A stretch of DNA of 64,000 nucleotides. Origin: Patescibacteria group bacterium UBA4787. Its GTDB lineage: Bacteria > Patescibacteriota > Patescibacteriia > UBA2591 > UBA4787. Each line of letters starts with the position of its first letter. Within the stretch, counting starts at the first letter, position 1. Made by a program: the position numbers and the translations under genes. Positions 37,880-48,063 of the stretch are shown here, piece after piece. The notes below the pieces were generated by a model. The model was given only the letters and a program-made list of their open reading frames with translations, was not told the origin of the DNA and searched no databases. The stretch lies in NCBI GenBank assembly GCA_002402995.1, contig DHGX01000001.1, positions 12,850 to 76,849 of the forward strand. Direction: 5' to 3'.

Positions 37880-39487
37880 TTACTCTCGAACAAGAGTCCC
37901 TTCGTCGACACAGTATATAATATCTCCTGGTTTGCCCATAATATATTTTACTTTCACCGAGATTTTTCCTTGAAAGTTATAGAATTGATATGTATAAGTA
38001 AACCCTTCATAATCTAATCTTACGAACCCAGAGTCATTAATTATGCCACTCCCGGTATAAGGCACGCCAGCAACAGTATCCCAAATAAGTTTATTATTTT
38101 CTACCATAAAAGATGATTGTTTTTGCGATTTTTCTGTTCTATCGGCTTCTCCTATAATACCCTTTATAGCACAGACCGAGTTTACTATGCCGGGATATAT
38201 TCCATCCCAAATTCCGCCTTGTTTTTTGACTGGCTCCGGAGCGGCGATTGGTTTGCCTTGTTGAACTGTGCCTTGTCCGCCTTCTTTATGCCCGCCTTCG
38301 GCTGTTGGTTTGCTGGGTGCAGCACCAGTTTGACTAGTATTCGTGTCGGATTGAATCGAATTTTCAACCGGCGTGCCCAGCGCAAAATAAATTTCCTGAT
38401 ATTCTTTATCCCATTGGAAAAGCGTCAGACCTTCGGTCCCCTCAGCGAAACCAATTGCCGAAGCGGCGATTTCGTTAGTTGATTGCACAGCATCCTCCAC
38501 ACAATATTTACGGGTGGTCTCATTCCCTGTGCTCGCGCCGCCGGCGCCAATACAAATGGTTCGCTTGGATACATTATCATAAGAATAATTGGCCAAAGTT
38601 TCCGCGTATTTGGCGGCCTGGTCTTTAATATCAGTTTGTTCTCCTGTCGCACTATCTTCGGGCGTGATCTCTTTCTGGCACCTGACTTCGCAACCATATT
38701 GCTTTCTTAATTTATTTGTCCAGCGGACTTTATAGAAATCGGGGAAGTCGCAAACCAAACAGGTTACATCCATGCCTTTGATACTTGGAACCGGCTCAAG
38801 CCCGCTTGAGCTGGCAGCAAAAGCCGCTGCCACTGGATTAAAAGCTACGGAATCGCTACGCGAATGAAGTATGGCGTTTAGCCAATGCTCTTCAATCAAT
38901 AACTTAGCTCCAATTTTTAGCATGGCTTCGCGGTCTTTGTTTGCAATAGCAGAATCCCCTGATGTTTTTAAGTCCGCGACGCTTCTTATAATTGGCTTAA
39001 AAAGATTATAGGCTTTAGCTTCGCTTATTAATAACGGAAAGTCGTCTGGTTGATTTTTTAGTTTTTTCCATTCTTTTTTATCTTCCGCGGCCGCGGCGAT
39101 TCTAATAGACCACAAAATGGCGGCGGCTTGATAATTTTTCAACTCATCCGGCACCGACAATTCAGCCAAATTTTTTGCGGTCGTGATGGCTGTTATTTGT
39201 ATGGAGTCCATCGTCGCCCCTGTCTTTTTTCCCGCCATAATAAAATCACCGCCTTTTTTAGCAGTCGCAATCTCCGCCAGATTGGACTGAATACCCGCCA
39301 CCGCATCATTAAATTGTTTATCAAGGGAAATGGCTAAAAAAACTATGCCAGCCAGTAGAACGAACACAATTGGAATAATTATCCAGAGTAAGCGGCGATG
39401 TTTTTTCTTACGCGCAAACTCCGCACCGCATTTTCTGCAGAATTTAGGATACCACCAGTTGAATTTGCCACATTTTGGACAGCGCAT
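37880..39487 (-). CDS. zinc-ribbon-anchored membrane protein with large extracytoplasmic domain, hypothetical
   Basis: MRCPKCGKFNWWYPKFCRKCGAEF zinc ribbon, a TM helix LLWIIIPIVFVLLAGIVFLAI, and a ~470 aa external domain with a Gln/Gly/Pro-rich linker. Confidence 0.55.
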   Translation of the reverse strand: MRCPKCGKFNWWYPKFCRKCGAEFARKKKHRRLLWIIIPIVFVLLAGIVFLAISLDKQFNDAVAGIQSNLAEIATAKKGGDFIMAGKKTGATMDSIQITAITTAKNLAELSVPDELKNYQAAAILWSIRIAAAAEDKKEWKKLKNQPDDFPLLISEAKAYNLFKPIIRSVADLKTSGDSAIANKDREAMLKIGAKLLIEEHWLNAILHSRSDSVAFNPVAAAFAASSSGLEPVPSIKGMDVTCLVCDFPDFYKVRWTNKLRKQYGCEVRCQKEITPEDSATGEQTDIKDQAAKYAETLANYSYDNVSKRTICIGAGGASTGNETTRKYCVEDAVQSTNEIAASAIGFAEGTEGLTLFQWDKEYQEIYFALGTPVENSIQSDTNTSQTGAAPSKPTAEGGHKEGGQGTVQQGKPIAAPEPVKKQGGIWDGIYPGIVNSVCAIKGIIGEADRTEKSQKQSSFMVENNKLIWDTVAGVPYTGSGIINDSGFVRLDYEGFTYTYQFYNFQGKISVKVKYIMGKPGDIIYCVDEGTLVRE

Positions 39488-39491
39488 ATTT

Positions 39492-39689
39492 TTATTTTAT
39501 TAAATCATCAATGCTAACCCCAAGAGCTTTCGCAATTTTCTTGAGAGTATTAAGCGTTGGATTCTGGTTTTTGCCAGCTTCTATTTTGATAATTGTATTA
39601 TTGGCGACATCGGCTAATCTCGCCAATTTTTCTTGGGATAACCCTTTGGCTTCCCTAAGTTTTCTAAGTGTTTTTGTAATGTTTGACAT
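39492..39689 (-). CDS. XRE-family helix-turn-helix transcriptional regulator (65 aa)
   Basis: LRKLREAKGLSQEKLARLADVANNTIIKIEAGK matches the Cro/C1 HTH. Ends 4 nt before the zinc-ribbon gene start. Confidence 0.7.
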   Translation of the reverse strand: MSNITKTLRKLREAKGLSQEKLARLADVANNTIIKIEAGKNQNPTLNTLKKIAKALGVSIDDLIK

Positions 39690-39953
39690 ACTAATATAGT
39701 AGTAGTAGTAGAATCAAAGTATCAGTAATATTACCTTTCAACTACTTTAATGTTAGACCAAAAAATAAAAATTGTAAACAGGCGGCGCATTTTGCAAAGC
39801 GAAATACGAAATTCGGCGGCGGAACGGAGCATCAAAAAACCCTTCGCAAGAAGGGTTTTTGTATTTGGCTCCCCTGATGGGACAATCTGCCTCGCTGGCA
39901 AGGCGGATCCGCCTCGCCGACGCGAGTCAAGGCGGGTTAGATATTTTTTAAAA

Positions 39954-40037
39954 TGGGCGAGAGAGGACTCGAACCTCCAAGGGATTGCTCCCACTAGCTC
40001 CTAAAGCTAGCGCGTCTACCAATTTCGCCACTCGCCC
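39954..40037 (-). tRNA. tRNA-Leu (anticodon TAG), long variable arm
   Basis: Hand-folded: acceptor GGGCGAG/CTCGCCC, anticodon stem CTAGC/GCTAG with loop TTTAGGA, variable arm TGGGAGCAATCCCTT, T loop TTCGAGT. Confidence 0.8.
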
Positions 40038-40142
40038 AATTACAACATAAAATATAATTCGTGAAAAAGAAAATAATAATAACTAAACAGCTGTTCGTCG
40101 ATATTTTAATTGTAATTTTGTAAAAACCGAGCCTAGAATAAA

Positions 40143-40226
40143 ATGCCGTCGGCCGGACTCGAACCGGCAAGAGCTCACGCTCAACAGATTTTAAGTCTGT
40201 CGTGTATACCAATTCCACCACGACGG
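40143..40226 (-). tRNA. tRNA-Leu (anticodon TAA), long variable arm
   Basis: Acceptor GCCGTCG/CGACGGC, anticodon stem ACAGA/TCTGT with loop CTTAAAA, T loop TTCGAGT. Confidence 0.8.
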
Positions 40227-40289
40227 CAATAATAATGAATTATGAATTAGGAATTTAGATACTGACTTCTATTTTCTACATTACTATTT

Positions 40290-40680
40290 TCTAAATTCTA
40301 GTTTATAACAACAAATTTGTAAATTTTTACAATATCTTTCTGAAGTTTAGAGGTGTCTATTCCTCTTTTTCGCAATATCTTTTCTACCAACCCCAGAGCT
40401 TTAAGATATTTTTGTTGGTTTTTCTTTAATTATGATTAGTCAAATTAGTTAAACGATTAAAAAACTTCTGCCAAAAAGTATATTTCTTCTGACACTCCTT
40501 GGCATATTTCAAATTCAAATCTTTAAAATTCTCTTGGTATCTACTTAATATTTTTAATAATTTGCTCTTTTTTTCTTCGTCGAAAAAATGGAGGTTTTTT
40601 AATATACCTTCTTTTTCTTCGTTAGTTAGAAGAAAAGTATCCGTGACTAATAATTCTAAATTTAAATTGACATTGTCCAT
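40290..40680 (-). pseudogene. decayed partial duplicate of the 3' end of the adjacent 823-aa gene
   Basis: The 84-aa ORF 40426..40680 (LTNEEKEGILKNLHFFDEEK) is paralogous to residues ~700-730 of the large protein (LSDDERDKIFKDHFLFLISENK). DNA 40300-40420 aligns to 40693-40830. Confidence 0.4.
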
Positions 40681-40692
40681 TTTGTTGTTTAA

Positions 40693-43164
40693 TTACTTGT
40701 TAATAATTTTTCTGAGTTTGGCGATATCCTTTTGCAAATTAGAGGTATCTACTCCCTTTTTTCTTAAAACCTTCTCAACAATAACCAGTGATTTAAGATA
40801 TTTCTGCTGATTCTCCGGCGACCAAGATTTTATTTTCGCTTCCCATCTCACCGGATCTTCAAAAAGCGAATTGATAAGAGAAACGAAAAATTCTGACGGG
40901 TTTGAAAACGGATGACCCTCAGCAGCTGGATCATCGAAAAATTTATTTTCTGAAATTAAAAATAAAAAATGGTCTTTAAAAATTTTATCTCTTTCGTCGT
41001 CGGACAAATCTTTATTTTCCAAAACTTTTTCTAATAACCTCGACAGGTCTTCGCTTTCTTGCTTAAACAACAACGCAAAAGCACCGTGCTCAGAACAATA
41101 ATGGTCGTCCGGGTTTGTCGTATTTGGTCCCAGACTCCAATCAAGCTTGTGCAGAGCCTCATGACGACCAACTAAACGATAAATAACTTTAGCGCCACGC
41201 AATGCTCGACCCTCTACCACCAAAGACCTGACTGTTAAAAATATTGATCTCTCATTTTTGGCGCCGTTGAAATAGGCGTTATCGACATCTATGTCGCCAC
41301 CTACATAAAAACTTCTAATGTTCCAATTATGATTAAAATATTCTTCTAGTTGGGTGATGCCATATGCCGTTTCTTCCAATGCTTTCATATATTGTTCTCT
41401 GCCTATACTCTGAAAGGTTTGCAAGGTATCTATGTCAGTAACATAAAAATTCAAATTATAGGCCTCCTTGTTTGCCTTATTCTCGACGGAAATATTGCCC
41501 ATATAAAATGCCGGCATTTGCTCAAACGAAAGCTTGCCCGCTATTTTCCCTTTCTCGTTTTTTATAACTAAATCAACAATCTGATCTTGTGAAACTGCGT
41601 CAACCGAACCACCGACATTATGATCTTGCCCAAGCTCAAATTTCTGAACATTTTTTTGACCTGAATCGTTATATGATGACTGGAGGCGACTATTTATTTC
41701 TACGCTGTATCCCCTGGGTAAAGAAAATTTTAAACCATACAGCTTGCCGTCAATTTTGATGGGTTGTTTTAATTGATTAACCCCTAGGTCTAAATTAAAA
41801 TTATAATAAATACCGCCCGACAAGACACAAATTCCTAAATTTATGTTTTGAATCAAATTTGCGCCTTTTTCTAAATTTCCTCTTTCTCCTTCGGTTAAAA
41901 GATCGTATTTTTTCTGGTCAACTGATATCTTACAATCATTCGCCAAAACAGCCACATTATTTAAATTTTCTATATTTTTATCATTTTTAATCTGCGCAAC
42001 AATCTGGTTAAGAATATAAGTATTTATTTGTTCGGGAGTACAATCCTTATAGTCTTCAAATTTTTGGGGATCGAAGGGAACCCTAATTTGCGCTTTAATC
42101 GTTTTATTTTTCAAATCGAGAATAGTGAAGGTCAAAATAACATTTGGCGCTTTATCATTCATACACGGATTGGAAATAATCACATAACGATTGTTATAGG
42201 GCTTTCGGGTTAAAGTCTCGGGGAGTAATTGACTCTGCGTAAATTTATTAGATAGATATTCATTTTTTCTGGACTCGCTCCACCACTCCCAATAAGCTGT
42301 AAAATAATTATTTTGTTCGTAAAATTTTTCTAGTTCATTCAGTTTGGCAATTATCCTCGGATCGTCAGAATAGTCGTTAGTATTCTCCATGCCTCTTAGA
42401 AAGACGGCGTTTTCGTTCCATTCTGAATCACTAGTATATTGGAATATTTCCAACAAGTCTCTAACAGAAAAATATAAATAACTGCTGTTCAATTTATCAT
42501 TTTTTTCGACGGGAAACTCTTTAACTAGTCCCGCCTCTATCTTAGAATCTAAAGATGGGGTTTTAATCTTTGACTCCATCTGCGATTCTGGAGTTTGTTT
42601 TGTTTCAGGCTCTTTTTGTCCGACTTCCTGGGCAAATAATTTTTGGGATTTGATTGCCGAAGTCGTAGACAACATTAAAAATAGAGTCGCTAAGCGCAAA
42701 AATCTATTTCCGGCGATCTGATTAAAAATAATATTGCGCTTTTGGGTTGATTCTATCACCGGAACTTCGTTTACCGGCAAAACTTCGTGAGGCGACGTAT
42801 TAACTTGCGCCACTAAATTTTTTGCCGAGGATTGAGCCAATGTGACCACATCTTCTTTCTTGACAATGAAACTTTCTTCCGATAATTTCTGACGGCCGAG
42901 CTTGGTTAATTCGGTAAGTTCGTTTTTATATTTATCTAAAATTTTTCTTTGTTCCAATTTCATATCCAATTCTGTCGCGGCGAAAATCTCAACTAATTTC
43001 AATCTCGTTTCCGAGTCTAGATCGGGATCTCTCGTTACCGCGTCAAAAATATTGTCCGCTATTCTTACAAGCGCTTCAAGGTGTTCAAAATTCTGTTGAT
43101 CTTTCTCCGGTTGCTCCGGCGAAGACTCAACAAAAGATTTTAATTCTATTTCTTTATTCATCAC
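40693..43164 (-). CDS. large membrane-anchored protein (823 aa) with C-terminal HExxH zinc-metallopeptidase-like motif, hypothetical
   Basis: Coiled-coil N-terminus, hydrophobic anchor FLRLATLFLMLSTTSAI, a long Asn/Lys-rich middle region, then LVGRHEALHKLDW...DDHYCSEHGAF. Confidence 0.55.
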   Translation of the reverse strand: MMNKEIELKSFVESSPEQPEKDQQNFEHLEALVRIADNIFDAVTRDPDLDSETRLKLVEIFAATELDMKLEQRKILDKYKNELTELTKLGRQKLSEESFIVKKEDVVTLAQSSAKNLVAQVNTSPHEVLPVNEVPVIESTQKRNIIFNQIAGNRFLRLATLFLMLSTTSAIKSQKLFAQEVGQKEPETKQTPESQMESKIKTPSLDSKIEAGLVKEFPVEKNDKLNSSYLYFSVRDLLEIFQYTSDSEWNENAVFLRGMENTNDYSDDPRIIAKLNELEKFYEQNNYFTAYWEWWSESRKNEYLSNKFTQSQLLPETLTRKPYNNRYVIISNPCMNDKAPNVILTFTILDLKNKTIKAQIRVPFDPQKFEDYKDCTPEQINTYILNQIVAQIKNDKNIENLNNVAVLANDCKISVDQKKYDLLTEGERGNLEKGANLIQNINLGICVLSGGIYYNFNLDLGVNQLKQPIKIDGKLYGLKFSLPRGYSVEINSRLQSSYNDSGQKNVQKFELGQDHNVGGSVDAVSQDQIVDLVIKNEKGKIAGKLSFEQMPAFYMGNISVENKANKEAYNLNFYVTDIDTLQTFQSIGREQYMKALEETAYGITQLEEYFNHNWNIRSFYVGGDIDVDNAYFNGAKNERSIFLTVRSLVVEGRALRGAKVIYRLVGRHEALHKLDWSLGPNTTNPDDHYCSEHGAFALLFKQESEDLSRLLEKVLENKDLSDDERDKIFKDHFLFLISENKFFDDPAAEGHPFSNPSEFFVSLINSLFEDPVRWEAKIKSWSPENQQKYLKSLVIVEKVLRKKGVDTSNLQKDIAKLRKIINK

Positions 43165-43305
43165 AAATTATTAATTAAAACAAGAGAGAGACTGCCTAAA
43201 GATCCCTTCATAATGCCGAATATTTTTTCTGATTATATTTCCGGGTGCTTTCTGCTTTCATAGACTCACCCAATTATTAAACAAATTTGAAAAAGGCTGT
43301 AAAAA

Positions 43306-43380
<75 letters not shown>

Positions 43381-44150
43381 GTTTATCTATCATCATTATT
43401 TTACTCAATTAAAAGCAAATGTCAACCCCGTAATGGAAAAATATAAATAAAAACAGACACAAATTATTCTTTGTGTCCCTTTGTTTGGCGATGATTAACA
43501 CGGCTTTTCTCAAGTATATGAGACGAGCGCATTCGCCTGAGAGCGGAACAAGTCGGGAACAGTTGATGATATTTTTGAGCACACTCGATCGGCGCTAAAT
43601 TGTTGAGCAAGTTATAGTGTCCAACGACAATCAATTTATCTATTAGTCGTTATATTTGACGACTCTGTAGATATACTCATAACTTAGACTTGTCGATCAA
43701 TATACTATGTTTATCCTATCTAATGTTCCATGTGGAACAAATCATCAACACCGACGTATATCCAATAATATTCATATCCTGTAGATCGACTATGATAAAT
43801 CCGGTATATAAGATCGTTAATAAGTCGTCACAAATACAACACCCAATACCGATGATCTATTATGAATGATTCTATAGTGATCACAAACATCAAAAAGATA
43901 CGCACAGATAATCCACATACGCACAATACTATTATATCATATCAAACAGAGCAGATAATATGTTATTATCGCTCCGGCGATTCTGATTGCTCATGCCACT
44001 AATGGTGGCTAATACATTATCAAAATAACAATATATCGGAGTATTGTGAATATGGCACGTAAGTAGAATATGATGTGCGTCGCACATTATAATAATCAAA
44101 ATAATATAATACAAAACGAGCGAAGTTTATTCGCTCGTTATTATTATTTC

Positions 44151-44324
44151 TCATCCCTTTAAATATTCGCGTGTATATTTATTTTCAATAATCGCGCGCG
44201 TGCCGATCTCCACCCATTGATAAAGCTCCTTTGCCTCCTCATAAAGCATTCTTACGCAACCCATTGAAACCGGATAACCTGGTAAATCACCGACATGAAG
44301 ATAGAAACCCTGGTAAAAATTCAT
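44151..44324 (-). pseudogene. L,D-transpeptidase (YkuD) catalytic-domain remnant (57 codons)
   Basis: Hand translation gives MNFYQGFYLHVGDLPGYPVSMGCVRMLYEEAKELYQWVEIGTRAIIENKYTREYLKG*. The S-x-GC-x-R(M) active-site motif is present but the N-terminal two-thirds of a normal Ldt is absent. Hairpin terminator at 44115-44140. Confidence 0.5.
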
Positions 44325-44488
44325 GTAGTAATTTTTATAATTAGTGAACGGAGGAACAAATAAAAAAAATTTTATTTGATTCCGTAGCGAGCCAACTTCA
44401 CGAGCGAGACAAGTATAGTTTCCATGTGATGGGCTCTTGACTTTTGTTCAATTTCTGCTTAAATTTTGACAGCTCATTAAAAAAATAA

Positions 44489-44576
44489 AAATAAAGGATA
44501 TTAAACCCTATGTTATCCGCGCTCGCTCGGAAAATGAAAATGAAATTTTCTTTTCACTCGCTCACTTGATAATAAA
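44489..44576 (+). repeat. family A intergenic repeat, short form, copy A6
   Basis: aataaaggatattaaaccctatgttatccgcgctcgctcgg...cactcgctcacttgataataaa. Immediately followed by the AGGAGG RBS of ftsH. Confidence 0.8.
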
Positions 44577-44596
44577 TCAAAAAGGAGGAATCAACA

Positions 44597-46375
44597 ATGA
44601 ACCGGAAGATGAATTTCGTCGTCATTCTTTTGGCGACCTTGTTCGCCATTTTCCTTATCAACGGGGCACTTTCCCGACCAAAAGTCGTAACGCTGGATTA
44701 CACAGACTTCTTAGGCAAGGTTAATCAAGGGCTGGTGACCGAAATTACCATCAATAACAACAACTCCGTAGAAGGCAAGTTCACCGACCAAATAAAATTC
44801 AAAACTACCATACCGGTTAATGATCCTGATTTGATGCCACTCCTTAAACAGAAAGGCGTTAAAATCACCATCAAGGGGTCGGGCGGATTATCTATCTTCA
44901 GTTTCCTGCCTTTAATATTCATGCTGACCATAATGTTTTTCCTCTTCAAAAGGATGAATCCAGGAAATCAAATGAAGGGTTTCACTAAAAACGCCACGAA
45001 AGTGCTGAACAAAGAAGAGATCACTACGACTTTCGCAGACGTGGCTGGCATGGATGAAGCTAAGTTTGAGCTTCAGGAGATCGTTGAGTTCCTTAAAAGT
45101 CCGGACAAATTCGCTAAATTAGGAGCCAAAATGCCTAAAGGCGGTTTAATGACCGGACCAGCTGGTTGCGGTAAAACGCTTTTAGCCAAAGCCATTGCCG
45201 GCGAAGCCAAGGTGAAATTTTTCACTACTTCCGGATCGTCTTTTGTGGAAATGTTTGTCGGCGTCGGCGCGGCTCGCGTACGCGACTTGTTCGATGAAGC
45301 GAAAACGAACGCGCCCTGTATTATCTTTATCGACGAACTAGACGCTATCGGCCGCCATCGCGGAGCCGGAATCGGCGGAGGACACGACGAAAGAGAACAA
45401 ACTCTAAATCAAATCCTCGTCTGTATGGACGGCTTTGACAGTAGCTCCGGTGTAGTGATTATCGCGGCCACCAATCGTCCAGATATCCTGGATCCTGCTC
45501 TTATCAGGCCAGGTAGATTCGATCGACAAATCGTTGTGTCAATACCAGATATTAAAGGACGCGAAGCCATTCTTAAAGTCCACGTCAAAAAAGTTCCTTT
45601 GTCCGAAGACGTAAATTTGACTAAGGTCGCCAAACTGACTCCATATTTCTCTGGTGCTGACCTGGCTAACCTCGTTAACGAAGCAACGATTTTAGCAGCA
45701 CGCGAGGGCGCGGAAAAAGTCACCATGAAACATTTCTCAGGAGCCCGCGACAAAATCATCTTAGGTTTGAGCCGACCAATTGCCCTCGACAACAAGGAAA
45801 AAGAGCTCATAGCCTACCACGAAGCAGGACACGCCATCGTCGCGACATTTACTAAGGATGCTGATCCAGTAGAAAAAATCAGCATCATTCCGCGCGGTCA
45901 CGCTCTGGGTATAACCCAACAATTACCAGAAAGGGAAAGAATCTGTCCCGCAAAATCATATTTGATGGGACAACTGTCAATCCTATTGGGTGGCCGTCTC
46001 GCCGAAGAAATGAAGTATGGCAAAGACGAGGTAACTGTTGGCGCTGGCAATGACTTGGAACGAGTAACCAATCTGGCGCAGCGAATGATCTGCGAATTCG
46101 CCATGGGCAAGATCGATTTCCGGACTTTCGGCGAAACCAAAGGCGAGATCTTTTTGGGAAAACGCCGTGAGACAGAACGCAATTATTCCGAAACCACGGC
46201 CCAACTAATCGACAAGGAAATCGAGGACCTTATCACTACAGCCAGGAATAACGCGAAGAAAATTCTCAAAGGGCGCCAGATACAACTAGACCAACTGGCT
46301 GCAGCACTTCTGGAAAAAGAAACCTTGGAAGCCGAGGAGATCAACCAGATCCTGACCTTCGAACAGAATTTGTAA
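44597..46375 (+). CDS. ftsH: ATP-dependent zinc metalloprotease FtsH, copy 1
   Basis: Two TM helices, AAA+ Walker [14 protein letters not shown], an SRH motif, and HEAGHAIV in the M41 domain. 592 aa. Confidence 0.9.
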   Translation: MNRKMNFVVILLATLFAIFLINGALSRPKVVTLDYTDFLGKVNQGLVTEITINNNNSVEGKFTDQIKFKTTIPVNDPDLMPLLKQKGVKITIKGSGGLSIFSFLPLIFMLTIMFFLFKRMNPGNQMKGFTKNATKVLNKEEITTTFADVAGMDEAKFELQEIVEFLKSPDKFAKLGAKMPKGGLMTGPAGCGKTLLAKAIAGEAKVKFFTTSGSSFVEMFVGVGAARVRDLFDEAKTNAPCIIFIDELDAIGRHRGAGIGGGHDEREQTLNQILVCMDGFDSSSGVVIIAATNRPDILDPALIRPGRFDRQIVVSIPDIKGREAILKVHVKKVPLSEDVNLTKVAKLTPYFSGADLANLVNEATILAAREGAEKVTMKHFSGARDKIILGLSRPIALDNKEKELIAYHEAGHAIVATFTKDADPVEKISIIPRGHALGITQQLPERERICPAKSYLMGQLSILLGGRLAEEMKYGKDEVTVGAGNDLERVTNLAQRMICEFAMGKIDFRTFGETKGEIFLGKRRETERNYSETTAQLIDKEIEDLITTARNNAKKILKGRQIQLDQLAAALLEKETLEAEEINQILTFEQNL

Positions 46376-46389
46376 TTCTAAATTTATAA

Positions 46390-46420
46390 AAACCGCTCTA
46401 AAAAATCAGAGCGGTTTTTC
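46390..46420. terminator. bidirectional hairpin terminator
   Basis: aaaaccgctctaaaaaatcagagcggttttt between the convergent ftsH and peptidase genes. Confidence 0.6.
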
Positions 46421-46439
46421 ATTTTTGATTATAATTATG

Positions 46440-47243
46440 TTATTCGCCAAATATAATCATCGCCTTGCGACCAGCTAAAATATCATATTCATTTTCGTGG
46501 ATGTTAAGTTCGTCATTCCAATCATGAATTGCATTAAATAAATTTTGATAAGTATAGCTAAAATTTTGCCCGTGCTTCGTGCCAGGATCATTGGTGATAA
46601 ATCCCTTGTCGTCATAGCCGCGAATTACCAACATATGATAATAAGGTCCTGGTTGTTTGAAATAAGGATTTTTTAGATAACGGCCGGCTGACGGCACCAC
46701 AACCACATGACCAAGGGATAATTCTTTTTTAATGTCATCGATACTTATGTCGTATTTTACTGAAATTTCTTCAAAAGAAAAATATTTTTTGACCAGCTCT
46801 GCGGTTTTAGCCACCGACAGATCATAATGACCGCCGAAATTATCATTTTGCCAATGCACCATTTTAAGAATTTGATCGTCGGCTACATATCTGTCTAACC
46901 TTTTATTTTGTAAATAATAAATAGCCATTAAAACCGAGGCTTCTTCGCAAGCTTCGCTATGCAATTTATCCCAATTAGCGAACGGCGCCTGGGGGGTAAA
47001 AGGAATCTCTAAATTAACTGATTCTTTGATAGAAATAGAATTTTCGGCACCCTCTGTGTCTTGTGGAATAGAAATAGGGGCGGATGCCTGCGGCGCAGAA
47101 GAGATTTCCGGACTAATCAAATTTTCAATTTTAACAAGATCTTTAATGGCTGGACGTTTTTTAAAAACAAAAAAAATAGCGCTGATAGAAAATATTACCA
47201 AGAATATCAGTACCCCGATATAAAAATATTTTTTGTGAGACAT
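46440..47243 (-). CDS. membrane-anchored Peptidase_C39_2-like (papain-fold) protein
   Basis: N-terminal TM. FTPQAPFANWDKLHSEACEEASVLMAIYYL places a candidate catalytic Cys, and YYHMLVIRGYDD...DPG a candidate His. Confidence 0.4.
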   Translation of the reverse strand: MSHKKYFYIGVLIFLVIFSISAIFFVFKKRPAIKDLVKIENLISPEISSAPQASAPISIPQDTEGAENSISIKESVNLEIPFTPQAPFANWDKLHSEACEEASVLMAIYYLQNKRLDRYVADDQILKMVHWQNDNFGGHYDLSVAKTAELVKKYFSFEEISVKYDISIDDIKKELSLGHVVVVPSAGRYLKNPYFKQPGPYYHMLVIRGYDDKGFITNDPGTKHGQNFSYTYQNLFNAIHDWNDELNIHENEYDILAGRKAMIIFGE

Positions 47244-47381
47244 TATAATAACTACTATTATAAAAATTAATTTCGCACTTAAGTCAAAGGGTTATTTGAT
47301 TCTATCTCGCGGCGAGACAACCTTCAACAAAATTTATTCCGATTAAATAATATCGCAGAAACTTTCTTTGATTAAATTAAT

Positions 47382-47846
47382 TTAATAGAGATGGGTTTTG
47401 TCTTTTGACCATTCTTGTAAAAGCGTCAAGCAGGCCGATCGTTCAAAATTATCTTTTATTTTAACTTTCGACTTGCCCATTCTCTTCATTTTAAAATTAC
47501 TAATCGTCAATTCATTAAAACCCAAAGCTTTTACGTCTCTAATGTCTGTGCCGTAATAAACTCTATCTATTCGCGCCCAGTGAATTGCCGAAAAACACAT
47601 CGGGCAAGGTTCAGTGGTAGAATAAATTTCGCAACCATTGAGTTCCCATGTTTTTAATTTCTTAGAAGCGAGGCGAATAGCGTTAATCTCCGCATGACAA
47701 GTTGCATTCTTGCTTTTTAAAACCGTGTTGTGAGCCGTAGCTATAATTTTATTATTTTTAACAATGCAGGCGCCGAACGGACCGCCTTCTTTTTTTCTAA
47801 TGCCCTGCCGCGCGCTTTTAAGCGCTAGTCCCATAAATTTATTCAT
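47382..47846 (-). CDS. tadA: tRNA-specific adenosine deaminase TadA (CDA-fold zinc deaminase)
   Basis: HAEINAI and PCPMC zinc-binding motifs. 154 aa. Confidence 0.7.
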   Translation of the reverse strand: MNKFMGLALKSARQGIRKKEGGPFGACIVKNNKIIATAHNTVLKSKNATCHAEINAIRLASKKLKTWELNGCEIYSTTEPCPMCFSAIHWARIDRVYYGTDIRDVKALGFNELTISNFKMKRMGKSKVKIKDNFERSACLTLLQEWSKDKTHLY

Positions 47847-47858
47847 AAATTATTTTGT

Positions 47859-48063
47859 TTTATTATCAAGCGAGCGAGGGAAACGAGAAACGAAGTTTTT
47901 CATTTCCGACCACGCCCGACTTCGCCTTGAGTGATTTTTAAAAACAGTCTTTCTAAACTAATATTTGCGGGGGGGGTTCGGTACTTCGCTATTACTGCGC
48001 GGAACGGCGAACTCAAGGCGGGCGGGGCGAGAGCAGATAACACAGGGTTTAATGCCCTTTATT
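47859..48063 (-). repeat. family A intergenic repeat, reverse orientation, carrying a nested ~80-bp insertion, copy A7
   Basis: Canonical ends (ttattatcaagcgagcgaggg ... cacagggtttaatgccctttatt). Inverted repeats cgccttgagt/actcaaggcg flank an extra segment containing a G8 tract. Confidence 0.7.

Noticed and set aside
39731-40004. Two overlapping ~85-aa ORFs
   Set aside because: They cover the partial family A GC-core copy and the tRNA-Leu(TAG) gene. Arg-rich translations of GC-rich repeat DNA.
43500-44150. Possibility that the AT-rich ORF-free tract is an rRNA, tmRNA, RNase P RNA or group II intron
   Set aside because: None of the diagnostic motifs was found by eye: 16S 5' end, tmRNA tRNA-like ends, RNase P P4 AGGAAAGTCCGG, or the group II 5' GUGYG plus domain V. 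Left as a compositional anomaly only.
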